A DNA stretch of 62,921 nt, the filler included, from Octopus bimaculoides (Eukaryota), in assembly GCF_001194135.2 (NCBI RefSeq). It is 6 parts of 6 records of this genome, joined end to end, with 100 filler letters (N's around TTAATTAATTAA, not from the genome) between each part and the next. Parts side by side here need not be neighbours in the genome. Positions count along the whole stretch, not along the records: positions 21,730 to 39,545 come from NC_068989.1; positions 39,646 to 51,130 come from NC_068992.1; 4 more parts are not named here. One strand, 5' to 3'. Below the pieces are notes generated by a model. That model did not search any database and was not told where the DNA came from. It saw nothing but the letters and a program-made list of their open reading frames with translations. Of the stretch, positions 28,658-39,900 are shown piece after piece. A program made the translations under genes and the position numbers. Numbering within the stretch: position 1 is the stretch's first letter; every line of letters starts with the position of its first letter.

Positions 28658-30171
28658 CTGATCTCTTAGATACCCACCAGATTGATCACGCTGAAGGAAA
28701 TGCGCCAACTGCTGCTGCAAAGAAAATAAAATGAATTGCAAAGCGCATGAAAAATTAGCTAGTAAATGGGAACAGAAACCTGTGCATGGCAAGTAGGTGG
28801 CCTGTAGTAAACAATTTGATGTCGACCAGAAACACACGCATCAATGTTTACGAAGCTCAAGGCTAAAAGCAGATAGTGACGGTTTCATATTAGCTGCTCA
28901 AAACCAAAGCTTATTAACCCGGAACTACCAAGCCAATGTGATAAAAAATGGACCTGACCCAAAATACCGATTGTGTAACGATGAGATTGAAACTATAGAC
29001 CCCCTAATCTCAGGGTGTAGAGTCTTAGCACCTGTAGAATATAAAACAAGACATGACAGAGTCGGCTAGTATTTACACTGGACAATATGTCGGCTTTATA
29101 AGATCAAAACCGCTGACAAATGGTATAAACACTATCCTGAAGCTGTGACTGAGGAAGAAAATGTGTTGATTCTCTGCGACTTCCTCGTACATAGAGACAA
29201 AACGTTAAAAGCTAATAAACCAGACATTATTATAAAAGATCAGGAAAAAAAGATGTGTTTATTAATTGACATGAGTATTCCTTGTGGTCATAATATAGCG
29301 ACGAAAGAATTTTACAAGACCAGTAAATATAAAAACTTACTCTTTTACTCTTTTACTTATTTCAGTCATTTGACTGTGGCCATGCTGGAGCACCGCCTTT
29401 AGTCGAGCAAATCGACCCCAGGACTTATTCTTTGGAAGCCTAGTACTTATTCTATCGGTCTCTATTGCCGAACCGCTAAGTTACGGGGACGTAAACACAC
29501 CATCATCGGTTGTCAAGCGATGGTGGGGGGACAAACACAGACACAAACATATACACCCACACACACATACATATACATATATATACATATATGACGGGCT
29601 TCTTTCAGTTTCCGTCTACCAAATACACTCACAAGACTTTGGTCGGCCCGAGGCTATAGTAGAAGACACTCGCCCAAGATGCCACGCAGTGGNNNNNNNN
29701 NNCCCGAGGCTATAGTAGAAGACACTCGCCCAAGATGCCACGCAGTGGGACTGAACCCGGAACCATGTGGTTCGTAAGCAAGCTACTTACCACACAGCCA
29801 CTCCTACTTGCTAATAGAAATTGAAAAGATGTGGCATCTCAAGGCGACTGCCGTACCAGTGATAGTAGTATCTCTAGAAATGATTAAAAAAAGGTACTGA
29901 ATCCTATTTGAAAATGATACCAGACTTACCATCCCTACAGGAAATTCAAAAAATCATGTTAACTACAACGACTCATGTACTGAGAATTATCGCTGTGAAA
30001 ACAACATCCATTCCTGAATTTACTTATTTATTAATTATTTTAAATACATATTTTAACTGTGAATTTGCGTATGTAAACTGTGAATGCATACAATGAGCTT
30101 CTCTGTCCTAGGTCTAGGGAAAACACTCGGCAAGAAATGGAAGAAAATTTGAAGAAAGAAAAAAAAACAGC
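28657..30171 (+). mobile_element. 5'-truncated R4/Dong-like LINE (zinc knuckle, RLE domain, 3' UTR, TAA tail), interrupted by a SINE
   Basis: ADSDGFILAAQNQSLLTRNY, RLCNDEIETIDPLISGC...YKTRHDRV, ANKPDIIIKD...CLLIDMSIP; after the SINE it resumes with EIEKMWHLKATAVPVIV...LQEIQKI; it ends next to (TAA)n. Confidence 0.9.
29341..29805 (-). mobile_element. tRNA-derived SINE, near full length
   Basis: Reverse complement of the 56535-56948 copy: A-box TGGCTGTGTGG, B-box GGTTCAGTCCC, central CA/TA repeat, AGTAAAAG tail; candidate TSD ACTTAC/ACTTGC. Confidence 0.9.
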
Positions 30172-30230
<59 letters not shown>

Positions 30231-30256
30231 CATAATAATAATAATAATAATAATAC

Positions 30257-30320
<64 letters not shown>
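30172..30320. repeat. (TAA)n microsatellite between two R4/Dong-like elements
   Basis: Read directly from the sequence. Confidence 0.97.
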
Positions 30321-31390
30321 GACTGAGACGGTTCCTTAAGTCGAAATTAAACGGACGGAATAAGATCGAAGGTATCAACACCTGGGCGGTTTAACTCCTT
30401 AGATATGGAGCAGGGGTAATCGAATGGACAGAATAAGAACTAAAAAGCTTAGACAGAAAGACAAGGGAGTTGCTAAGTAGATACGGGTCACTCCACCCAA
30501 ACAATGACACAGACAGATTGTATATACCAAGAAAAAGAGGGGGAAGAGGACTTATTGGATGCGAACACAGCATTAGAGAAGACGAAAACAACATAGCATG
30601 GTATGTAAAAAATGCCACAGAATCACATCACTATTACTAGAAGTAAAAAGGTCAGGCTTGTGTAGGATGACAGATTGCAAAGATAAAGCACTATACAAGA
30701 AATTGAAACGGAATGAAACTGAAAATAGATGGGTAAAGAAACGAATGCATGGTTAATTCCATAGGGATGTTGAAGATAAGACAGACACAGGGGAAAGATG
30801 GCTGTAGATGACTTAAAGTGATTCAAAACCGGAGACGGAGGCTCTAATCTGTGCTGCCCAAGAGCAAGCACTAAGAACAAACTACAGAACATACAGAAAT
30901 GACAGCATATCAAAAAGTGATAAGTGCAGAATCTTTGGACAAATACGCCACTAGCCCAGAAGGAATACAAGAGGCGCCACGACAATATAGCCAGGCTTGT
31001 CCATTGGACACCTTGCAACAAGTATGGACCTGACAGAGTAGAAAATTTGTACGACCACAAACCTGAAGGCATTTTTGAAAATAGGAATGCAAAGATCCTA
31101 TGGGATTTTATGATTCAGTGCGACCATGAGATTGAGAATAGGAACCCGAAAATAGTCTTAATTAAGAAAGAAATCAAACTCTGCTGGGGCATAAATATAG
31201 CATGCCCAGCTGACAACAAGTTATACGATAAAGAAGAAAGAACATTCGAGAGATATAAAAGGTTAGCTTGAGAAGTTAAGCAGATGTGGTCAATGAAAAA
31301 TGTAGCAGTACTACCAATAATTGTCGGAGTCCTGGGAACAATGAGCAACAATCACGAGAAGTGCGTGGAACAAATAGGGGCTGCAATGTG
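30321..31390 (+). mobile_element. Second 5'-truncated R4/Dong-like LINE (different subfamily)
   Basis: LKSKLNGRNKIEGINTWAV, DRLYIPRKRGGRGLIG, ETEALICAAQEQALRTN, YKRRHDNIARLVHW, KILWDFMIQCD, INIACPAD, LPIIVGVLG. Confidence 0.9.
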
Positions 31391-33588
31391 CATCTCTGAT
31401 CATGAGCAGGAGTAGTGGGGGAGCATCATAGCCATGTGTTGAGAGGAATTCTTTGGGTTTGAATAATTTACCTTTGGAAATATGGGTGTTTTGCTCAACA
31501 TCCGTAAACAAACTTATTCGGGGAACTTTTGAACGGGATAGGCTACTCATGCGCTGTTTATCTTGATATAAGATCACCATGTCGCGCACATATGGTTGTG
31601 ATGCATGTGCCTGGTGTACCCTTATCAGACGGGTAGTCATGATGGGTATTCTGGTCTTCGTATATTTTACCCCAGTGTCACTTTCATGCCATACACTGCC
31701 CTCTCACTCAATAATAATAATNNNNNNNNNNNNNNNNNNNNNNNNNNNNNNNNNNNNNNNNNNNNNNNNNNNNNNNNNNNNNNNNNNNNNNNNNNNNNNN
31801 NNNNNNNNNNNNNNNNNNNNNNNNNNNNNNNNNNNNNNNNNNNNNNNNNNNNNNNNNNNNNNNNNNNNNNNNNNNNNNNNNNNNNNNNNNNNNNNNNNNN
31901 NNNNNNNNNNNNNNNNNNNNNNNNNNNNNNNNNNNNNNNNNNNNNNNNNNNNNNNNNNNNNNNNNNNNNNNNNNNNNNNNNNNNNNNNNNNNNNNNNNNN
32001 NNNNNNNNNNNNNNNNNNNNNNNNNNNNNNNNNNNNNNNNNNNNNNNNNNNNNNNNNNNNNNNNNNNNNNNNNNNNNNNNNNNNNNNNNNNNNNNNNNNN
32101 NNNNNNNNNNNNNNNNNNNNNNNNNNNNNNNNNNNNNNNNNNNNNNNNNNNNNNNNNNNNNNNNNNNNNNNNNNNNNNNNNNNNNNNNNNNNNNNNNNNN
32201 NNNNNNNNNNNNNNNNNNNNNNNNNNNNNNNNNNNNNNNNNNNNNNNNNNNNNNNNNNNATATATACGTACATATTTAAACATGTATTTCATGTATTTGC
32301 AAAATGTTCTTTGAAAGACACACGACTATTAGTAACAAATGAAAAGTCCTTTTTTGAACACCGTTTCTGGCGCGTATATATCTTCTGGAGTGCGTGTGTG
32401 TTTGTGAATGAATGTGTGTGTGCGTCTGTTTTTTGCATGTGGGCGTTTCTGCATATATTTTGGAGTAACTCATGTATACATGCACGCTAATAATGATCCG
32501 AGTATCGGTATGCCGAGGGGTATACATTTAAAAGTATTAGGAAATTTTAATAACTTTGTCAACGTATCATGTTTTCTTATCAATTCAGATATGCTTTGGT
32601 TGCGGCATCTTCCAAAGGGTAAACTCATGGAACTTCTTTGTGATGTGTACTTTTGATCCATATAGATATAGCGAGGTCCTTAACATTATTCGGATGAATG
32701 CTGTTTAACTTTACTAAATATGTCATGTGTCCTATATAGTAATATATTTATTCATACTTCAAAAGTACTTAAAATTTATAAAACTGCCTACTCTCTTGAA
32801 CTTACATGAAAATATTACAAAGCGTGTTATATTCTATTTTGATATTAATATTCAGATTCGACAGCTTTTCTTTGCCTTTCATTATAATATAAGGAAATGG
32901 GCAGAGTGCAAAAACACATGTATAATACAATAAATAACTATCACCGATATCAAATATCTGAGACGTTATATGAATAGAACAAAGTTTGTACCTGATAACC
33001 GGAAATATATTTGCTTCGATTATAAACTGTGCAAAGACTGCTATGATAAAGCTTATAACAAAAATATTTTTTCGTTTCCTTCCTCCTAACACGAAATTTT
33101 CCTTTGTACAACATAAAAAGTTATGTTTGGTATAAAGAAAATGAAAGATATATTATCTTAAATATTAAAGTAGAATCATTTTTGCAATGTACGTGACCAT
33201 AGCTGTGTATTTGTAAATGAGTTCATGAATGTATGTATACGTGCGAGCATGTACATGCTTCGGAATATTTTACTTTACTAAATTTTTGTAACTGTGGTTT
33301 ATAAAACTATTAATATTTATAATCTGAACAGGTTGTTTTGTATGTATACTACTTATCCTATATCAATTACTAATATAATATTATTATAGTTGAAGCTAAA
33401 CTTGTAATATGCAACTCTTTACATTCATCTTTAGGCCTTGTGCCGGTAATACATTAAAATAAAACTCTTACATATCTAGAAACCTGATTATTGACAGATA
33501 TTTTCCAGTGCATATATATGTGTGTGTGCGAGTTTATGTATCCACATACACAAGCACACACACGCACACACGCACACGCACGCACGCA

Positions 33589-33642
<54 letters not shown>

Positions 33643-34202
33643 NNNNNNNNNNNNNNNNNNNNNNNNNNNNNNNNNNNNNNNNNNNNNNNNNNNNNNNNNN
33701 NNNNNNNNNNNNNNNNNNNNNNNNNNNNNNNNNNNNNNNNNNNNNNNNNNNNNNNNNNNNNNNNNNNNNNNNNNNNNNNNNNNNNNNNNNNNNNNNNNNN
33801 NNNNNNNNNNNNNNNNNNNNNNNNNNNNNNNNNNNNNNNNNNNNNNNNNNNNNNNNNNNNNNNNNNNNNNNNNNNNNNNNNNNNNNNNNNNNNNNNNNNN
33901 NNNNNNNNNNNNNNNNNNNNNNNNNNNNNNNNNNNNNNNNNNNNNNNNNNNNNNNNNNNNNNNNNNNNNNNNNNNNNNNNNNNNNNNNNNNNNNNNNNNN
34001 NNNNNNNNNNNNNNNNNNNNNNNNNNNNNNNNNNNNNNNNNNNNNNNNNNNNNNNNNNNNNNNNNNNNNNNNNNNNNNNNNNNNNNNNNNNNNNNNNNNN
34101 NNNNNNNNNNNNNNNNNNNNNNNNNNNNNNNNNNNNNNNNNNNNNNNNNNNNNNNNNNNNNNNNNNNNNNNNNNNNNNNNNNATATATATATATATATAT
34201 AT

Positions 34203-34294
34203 AAGCAATGTTAATTCTCTAAATGAAATATTAACAGTAACTGCACGATAAAGTGTAGTATATTGCCACTTAAGTGTGGCTGACCCCTAGGGGT

Positions 34295-34298
<4 letters not shown>
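34203..34298. mobile_element. Fragment of the 343-bp retrozyme-like repeat, between (TA)n arrays
   Basis: AAGCAATGTTAATTCTCTAAATG...CCCCTAGGGGTGGAT matches 38387-38482. Confidence 0.9.
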
Positions 34299-34346
<48 letters not shown>

Positions 34347-35125
34347 GCACACATATACGCACATATGCATACATATATATACATATACACACAAATACAC
34401 ACACACAACGATTGTTGATTCTCTCGACATTTCTTGTATCATCAGTTACGTTCCGTATCAACGTTTCGCGTCGTCTATGATCATTTTACTCTAAGTCGTG
34501 ATTATCTAAGTTACATTATATAAATAACAATAACTTTCTGATAGTGAAATCTACGTAAGATGTACCTAAATATTTAATAATTCACACACACTTATTATTA
34601 TAACTTCAATAACATATACAATTCATCTAGTGTATTGTATTTGTTATTCTAAACGAACCAAATATAAATGAGCTTTCATCACACTTACGCGTCTCTTGGG
34701 AGCGGCGTCTATAAAATACACTGAACTGAGAACTGTAATCAACATTAAACCCGGAATCGAAAGTTTCGGCTGGGAAACATCAGAGAAGCTGTTTATTTGA
34801 TCAAATATTTAAGATTAAATTCAGAAGCAATGTCCAAGAAATTGTCTCCATATTCATATCCCGTGAGAAATGTTATGATTTACTGCTTCACAGGTCTAGT
34901 TTCGTTTATATTTGGCGTTCCATATAAAGTATCACTGTAATTATATCAAGTATGAAATGCAAACTAATAACTTTAGTTCCAATGGCACACATAGGAATTA
35001 ATCATCGGACAGACCAGCCATTTAATTAACAACAGCATCTTCGATATATTTTTAATAGCCCTGAAATATCACTGTAATGACAGAACAAAAATATAAATGA
35101 AATATACCATGTGAATTTGTGTGTG

Positions 35126-35171
<46 letters not shown>

Positions 35172-35784
35172 TATGTGTGTGTGTGTGTGTGTGTATTTAT
35201 CTTTGTCTCTCGGGAAACATGGTCGTAAAAGAAATACGATATATTAATCATAAATTAATTTATTTTGTTTACGTGTCGTGGAGAGGTGTCGTTTTTGAAG
35301 TAATTCATCAAACACGTAGCTAGAATTTCAGGTTTTTCTAAGGAATTTTAGGGAGTCAGATTAGGAACTACCGTTGTCTAAAAGAGAATAGAAAATTATA
35401 TGTTTGATATTTTCAGGTTTTTGTGTTCCTTTGGAACAGTTTAATTCCAACCAACAAAACTAACACACTCTACTTCATCGTACATATTGTTCGTACAGAT
35501 ATTTCACGTTCTTTTATTGACTACCTCATCCAACGAAAATAAAATTATTCCTTTTATCATAGTTGAAAATTTAGTTATAGGCTATCAGCATGCTACTTTT
35601 ATGTATCTGAATGCATGTATACCTGAGATTGATGGGGCAAAGAGTATGTTTGTATGTCTTTTTGGAAATGTGCATCAGCCGACAAAGAGGTTTAGTGATA
35701 TTACTAACATGAATAGAAGCTCGTATCTGCTATGACGATGTTATAAGATCTTTTGTATTATCTCTTTGTATTTCTTATATTTGT

Positions 35785-35885
35785 TTCACTCATGAGATTG
35801 TGGCCAAAATGGGGCGCCGTCTTGGAGGGTTTAGTCGAAGAAATCGACCCCAGTGTTTATACTTATTCCATCGGTCTCTTTTTAA
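35785..35885 (-). mobile_element. Partial SINE (3' part)
   Basis: TTTAGTCGAAGAAATCGACCCCAG...CATCGGTCTCTTT resembles the 29341-29805 SINE. Confidence 0.65.
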
Positions 35886-36229
35886 GATGATGAGTGAAGG
35901 GCAAAATAGGTGTAGAAATGAAAGAATAAATATAGTTTTGTTGTTGCTTTTCAGTTTGACACACCCATAGCCGAATGACCTTTACTATGATAACAAGAAA
36001 GCCCACAACTATAATGATAAGGTAAATACAATTCTCAAGCAACAAAAATAAATAAACAATAAATAATGGTTCTAAATTCCCAACCACGGCCAACGTAATA
36101 AATGAGTGAAAATTATTTTACTATAGCAATTAACACTGAAGCACATTGGAGTTATATTATTAATGATAACAACAAGAAGACGACGTCGTACACGCCCACT
36201 GACATTGAGAACGCCAAGCAAAATATAAA

Positions 36230-36760
36230 CAAAAATATTAATGAAGAGACAGTTTTTCTCTGCTTTGCTACTTCAACAATAAAACAGGACATTACGCAAA
36301 AGCAAATAATATGGCATAACTATGTGAAGTGTTACTGCATCTCATTATATAAATTTCTCGAAGAATTGGCATGCAACAATGTCATATTTACTCATATCAA
36401 AATTAGTGAGAGACCTTAGTTGCCCGTGTGAATTACAGTGTTCACAAGGCTGTAAAATTCGAGAGTGCTTGCCATAGAGAACAGAAGACAGAGGAATATG
36501 ACATCTTGAAATTCTGAGCTAAATGCACGCTCTAGAATACTTAGCCCAGTATTGGTGAAAATGAAACAAAATAGGTATTACGATAAGAGGTACCTGTCAC
36601 ATTGGTATTGCAGTATAACCGCTGTAGAAGACCACTGCATGTTTGGCTGGATTTACAGAGCTTAAAGCTCTTTGGTATCTACAGAGCTACTCAGAGAAAT
36701 AGCCTAGTCGTCACAGATGCTGTAGCAAATCTCATTCGAAAAGTTAAATAAAAACATGAG
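36230..36760 (+). mobile_element. Possible heavily deleted LTR (Gypsy-like) remnant
   Basis: Degenerate gag knuckle CYFNNKTGHYAKA and an RNase H-like RYYDKR/PVTL stretch; no intact frame. Confidence 0.3.
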
Positions 36761-36904
36761 AAACAAAAGCGGCTGATAGCAGTAAAATGCAGTTTCCAGA
36801 CCTATCGGTCACAGTTTTGAAACCATCGAGATCACTTCAGATTCAGATCTATAATGAATCGCAGGTACTTTATTGGTGAGGTGTACGAGGTAACGGCGGA
36901 TGAA

Positions 36905-37810
36905 CAAAAATGCCACTGTATAGTTCCCCCTTTAATCTTATGTTACTGGTTTCTGATAAAATTTAGGTTGTTTGTATCCACTTGTATGAAACTTTTGCCC
37001 ATTGCTGGAACAGTTCCCCGCCATTTGTGGTTGCCACCCTAGTTCACCGGGAGGTAAAGAAACAAATCATATATCATGGAGTCCAAATTCGGGCTTAAAA
37101 TGTTAAAATCAATCAGTGACACATCATTGGTTTTTTGGATAAACTCGAAAATCTCCATCAGAATTTCTAAAAATCTTTGAAATTTTATGCATAGTTGGTA
37201 AACTATATCTTCTACTATCTGCCCCAGAGTCTCTGTTAAAAGCAATATTTACTATAGGCATAAGCGTTCCATCTCGTCGTTAACGTTCTTCTTCCTCAGT
37301 TTCAACTTCCTTAGTAGTTTTAAAGGCTACTGCATAGATGTTGATTTTACATATAATTGTGTCCAACGTTGCTTCTATTTTATTTGAATAATTCCATGTT
37401 CATGCATTATGAGCTTCTATAGCATCAATGACATGGATGAGCAAACCTTCTTTGTTAATCATCAGCAGGATGCATTTGTAATGTTCTGTGGTACACTTAC
37501 ATATCCTTGAACTCTAAAGCAATATGGTCATCTTCCAGGAAATTCTGCCAAGTATGAACCTATCGATACAAAGGTAAATGCAAAGTTATATGACCCAATA
37601 TTTTCTCTTAAATTGCTATAATGAAGATTTGGGGATCTGACCCTTAGAATTTCAAGTATTGACGAAATTCTCTTCTAAGAGAACGAAGCAGTTTTCTTTT
37701 ATGGCAGCAATTATTGGAGTAGCCATCAGAAGGTCGTTCATATAGAAACCGTTTGATCATACAAAACTGACACAGTAAATTTGTATCTCCACAATCATGT
37801 TGTTCAGCGT
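36905..37810 (-). mobile_element. Helitron Rep N-terminal remnant
   Basis: HDCGDTNLLCQFCMIKRFLYERPSDGYSNNCCHKRK zinc motif, RENIGSYNFAFTFVSIG...FPGR*PYCFRVQG, GELGWQP, FIQVDTNNLNFIRNQ, ELYSG. Confidence 0.85.
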
Positions 37811-38246
37811 TTTCGCCGTTGTATGTTGAATTATAACATGTTTTTCACGTCGAGTGGCTCTCAATATTTCGGTTGTAGTGTTAATTTTCACCTTCTCGAA
37901 TTCGTCGTTCCTGTTTTCAGGTAGTTTCATTGAATCAAAGGATATATCCTAAAACTTTTTTCTTCTATTTATATATTTTATTTTTAAACAATTACTAAAT
38001 TCATTGTAACAAATAAATAGACACAGAAGAAAAACCAAAAATGTATATATATTAATTCTCTAAATAAAGTATTAACAGTAATTGCACGATAAAGTGTAGT
38101 ATATTGCCACTTAAGTGTGGCTGACCCCTAGGGGTGGATGTTACTGTTGCTTTTAGCCCCAAGAGGACATCTCCAGCTGGCTTATCGACACACTACTGTG
38201 TCCTGTTTGCCAAGGGAAGTTATCCCTCCCATCATGATCTGTAGCA

Positions 38247-38291
38247 CGAACGGACCCGGGTTTCAGGGTTATTTCCCTTCGTCGACGTTCG
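38247..38291 (-). ncRNA. Type-I hammerhead ribozyme-like motif (variant core UCGACGA)
   Basis: CGAACG-UCGACGA-AGGG-AAAUAA-CCCU-GAAA-CCCGGG-UC-CGUUCG: perfect 6-bp stem I, 4-bp stem II, palindromic helix III ACCCGGGU, GUC site. Confidence 0.7.
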
Positions 38292-38784
38292 ATAGCCACT
38301 GATCTCTGATGAGAGAGACAAAGTCTTGGCAATCTTATATCTACTTTTCCAGTGAAATTCTTCACTGATATCGAAAAGGTGAAAACAAGCAATGTTAATT
38401 CTCTAAATGAAGTATTAACAGTAACTGCACGATAAAGTGTAGTATATTTCCACTAAAGTGTGGCTGACCCCTAGGGGTGGATGTTACTATTGCTTTTAGC
38501 CCCAGGAGGGAAATAACGCTGAAACCCGGGTCCGTTCGTGCTACAGNNNNNNNNNNNNNNNNNNNNNNNNNNNNNNNNNNNNNNNNNNNNNNCATCCACC
38601 CCTAGGGGTCAGCCACACTTAAGTGGCAATATACTACACTTTATCGTGCAGTTACTGTTAATACTTCATTTAGAGAATTAACATTGCTTGTTTTCACCTT
38701 TTCGATATCAGTGAAGAATTTCACTGGAAAAGTAGATATAAGATTGCCAAGATTTTGTCTCTCTCATCAGAGATCAGTGGCTAT

Positions 38785-38829
38785 CGAACGCCGACGAAGG
38801 GAAATAACGCTGAAACCCGGGTCCGTTCG
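38785..38829 (+). ncRNA. Type-I hammerhead ribozyme-like motif (variant core CCGACGA)
   Basis: CGAACG-CCGACGA-AGGG-AAAUAA-CGCU-GAAA-CCCGGG-UC-CGUUCG; one stem II mismatch. Confidence 0.7.
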
Positions 38830-39483
38830 TGCTACAGCTCATGATGGGAGGGATAACTTCCCTTGGCAAACAGGACACAGTAGTGTGTCGATAAGCCAGC
38901 TGGAGGAGATGTCCTCCTGGGGCTAAAAGCAACAGTAACATCCANNNNNNNNNNATAAGCCAGCTGGAGGAGATGTCCTCCTGGGGCTAAAAGCAACAGT
39001 AACATCCACCCCTAGGGCTCAGCCACACTTAAGTGGCAATATACTACACTGTATATATATTATTTTTAGAATAATAATCTTCTTTATTTCATCACATTGT
39101 CGTTAAACTCCATCAGAATTTACTTTGTTTGTGTGCCTATGCATGTTTATGTGGAGGTGTACGCCCAACCTTTGTCTGTGTGTGCAGACGCGCGCGGACG
39201 TGTGTGTGAACTTCCATAACGTACTTTATTCGCAAAATTTTGTTTGTCTACAAGCGACAATATCTTGCAATTTTATCAAAATCTCTACTAGCCCAGCAGT
39301 TGATGTTTGTTAAGGGATGTTTATATATAAATATTGTAGATACTCCACGAAGTGATTCTAGCAGTGAAAACTTATATCAACTTAAATTATTCCAATACCA
39401 AATAGCTGAGCGAGAAATATATTACTACTTTTATGCTTTACAGGTTGCTTCATTTTCGGATATTTGAAGTACTGATCACACTC

Positions 39484-39545
<62 letters not shown>

Positions 39546-39645
39546 NNNNNNNNNNNNNNNNNNNNNNNNNNNNNNNNNNNNNNNNNNNNTTAATTAATTA
39601 ANNNNNNNNNNNNNNNNNNNNNNNNNNNNNNNNNNNNNNNNNNNN
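39546..39645. other. Artificial scaffold spacer N44-TTAATTAATTAA-N44
   Basis: Exact 100-bp spacer. Confidence 0.95.
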
Positions 39646-39900
39646 TTTGGGAGCTGTACTTTTGTGATCCTTTCAAAAAATTCGCATAAAAGTCCCTATC
39701 TGAAAGGTTTGGTTTTCTTCTGGAGTTTTGTTTCGACGAGGAGGTTTTTCCTTCTTTCTCAAAAGCTGACATTACTTTTGAGACAGTATTTCTTGATACA
39801 CCAAGCATTTCGGCTGTTTTCGTTATGCTAGCACCTGCCATACAAGCACCAACAATTTGACCTCTTTGAAAGTCCAATAGATCTGTCGTTTTAATGAATT
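39646..39900 (-). mobile_element. Tc1/mariner transposase N-terminal (paired HTH) fragment
   Basis: KTTDLLDFQRGQIVGACMAGASITKTAEMLGVSRNTVSKVMSAFEKEGKTSSSKQNSRRKPNLSDRD; truncated by the spacer. Confidence 0.9.

Larger units (their letters stand above)
38052..39050. mobile_element. Tandem and inverted array of a 343-bp hammerhead-containing repeat (retrozyme / PLE pseudo-LTR-like)
   Basis: The unit starts at 38052 and again at 38395; orientation flips at 38507/38508; a full inverted unit occupies 38593-38944; copies differ at several positions. Confidence 0.85.

Noticed and set aside
29693-29746. Apparent 45-bp tandem duplication inside the SINE
   Set aside because: The duplicated text flanks a 10-N gap, the typical signature of an unmerged contig overlap.
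38308-38385. CTGATGA...GAAA on the plus strand of the 343-bp unit as a second hammerhead
   Set aside because: No convincing stem II and no stem I complement downstream.
38945-39004. Extra partial repeat unit after the 10-N gap
   Set aside because: It re-reads 38893-38944 across a 10-N gap; probably an overlap artefact rather than an additional copy.
38052-39050. CRISPR array or prokaryotic system interpretation of the repeats
   Set aside because: The unit is 343 bp with no short repeat-spacer periodicity, there are no cas-like ORFs, and the context is eukaryotic.
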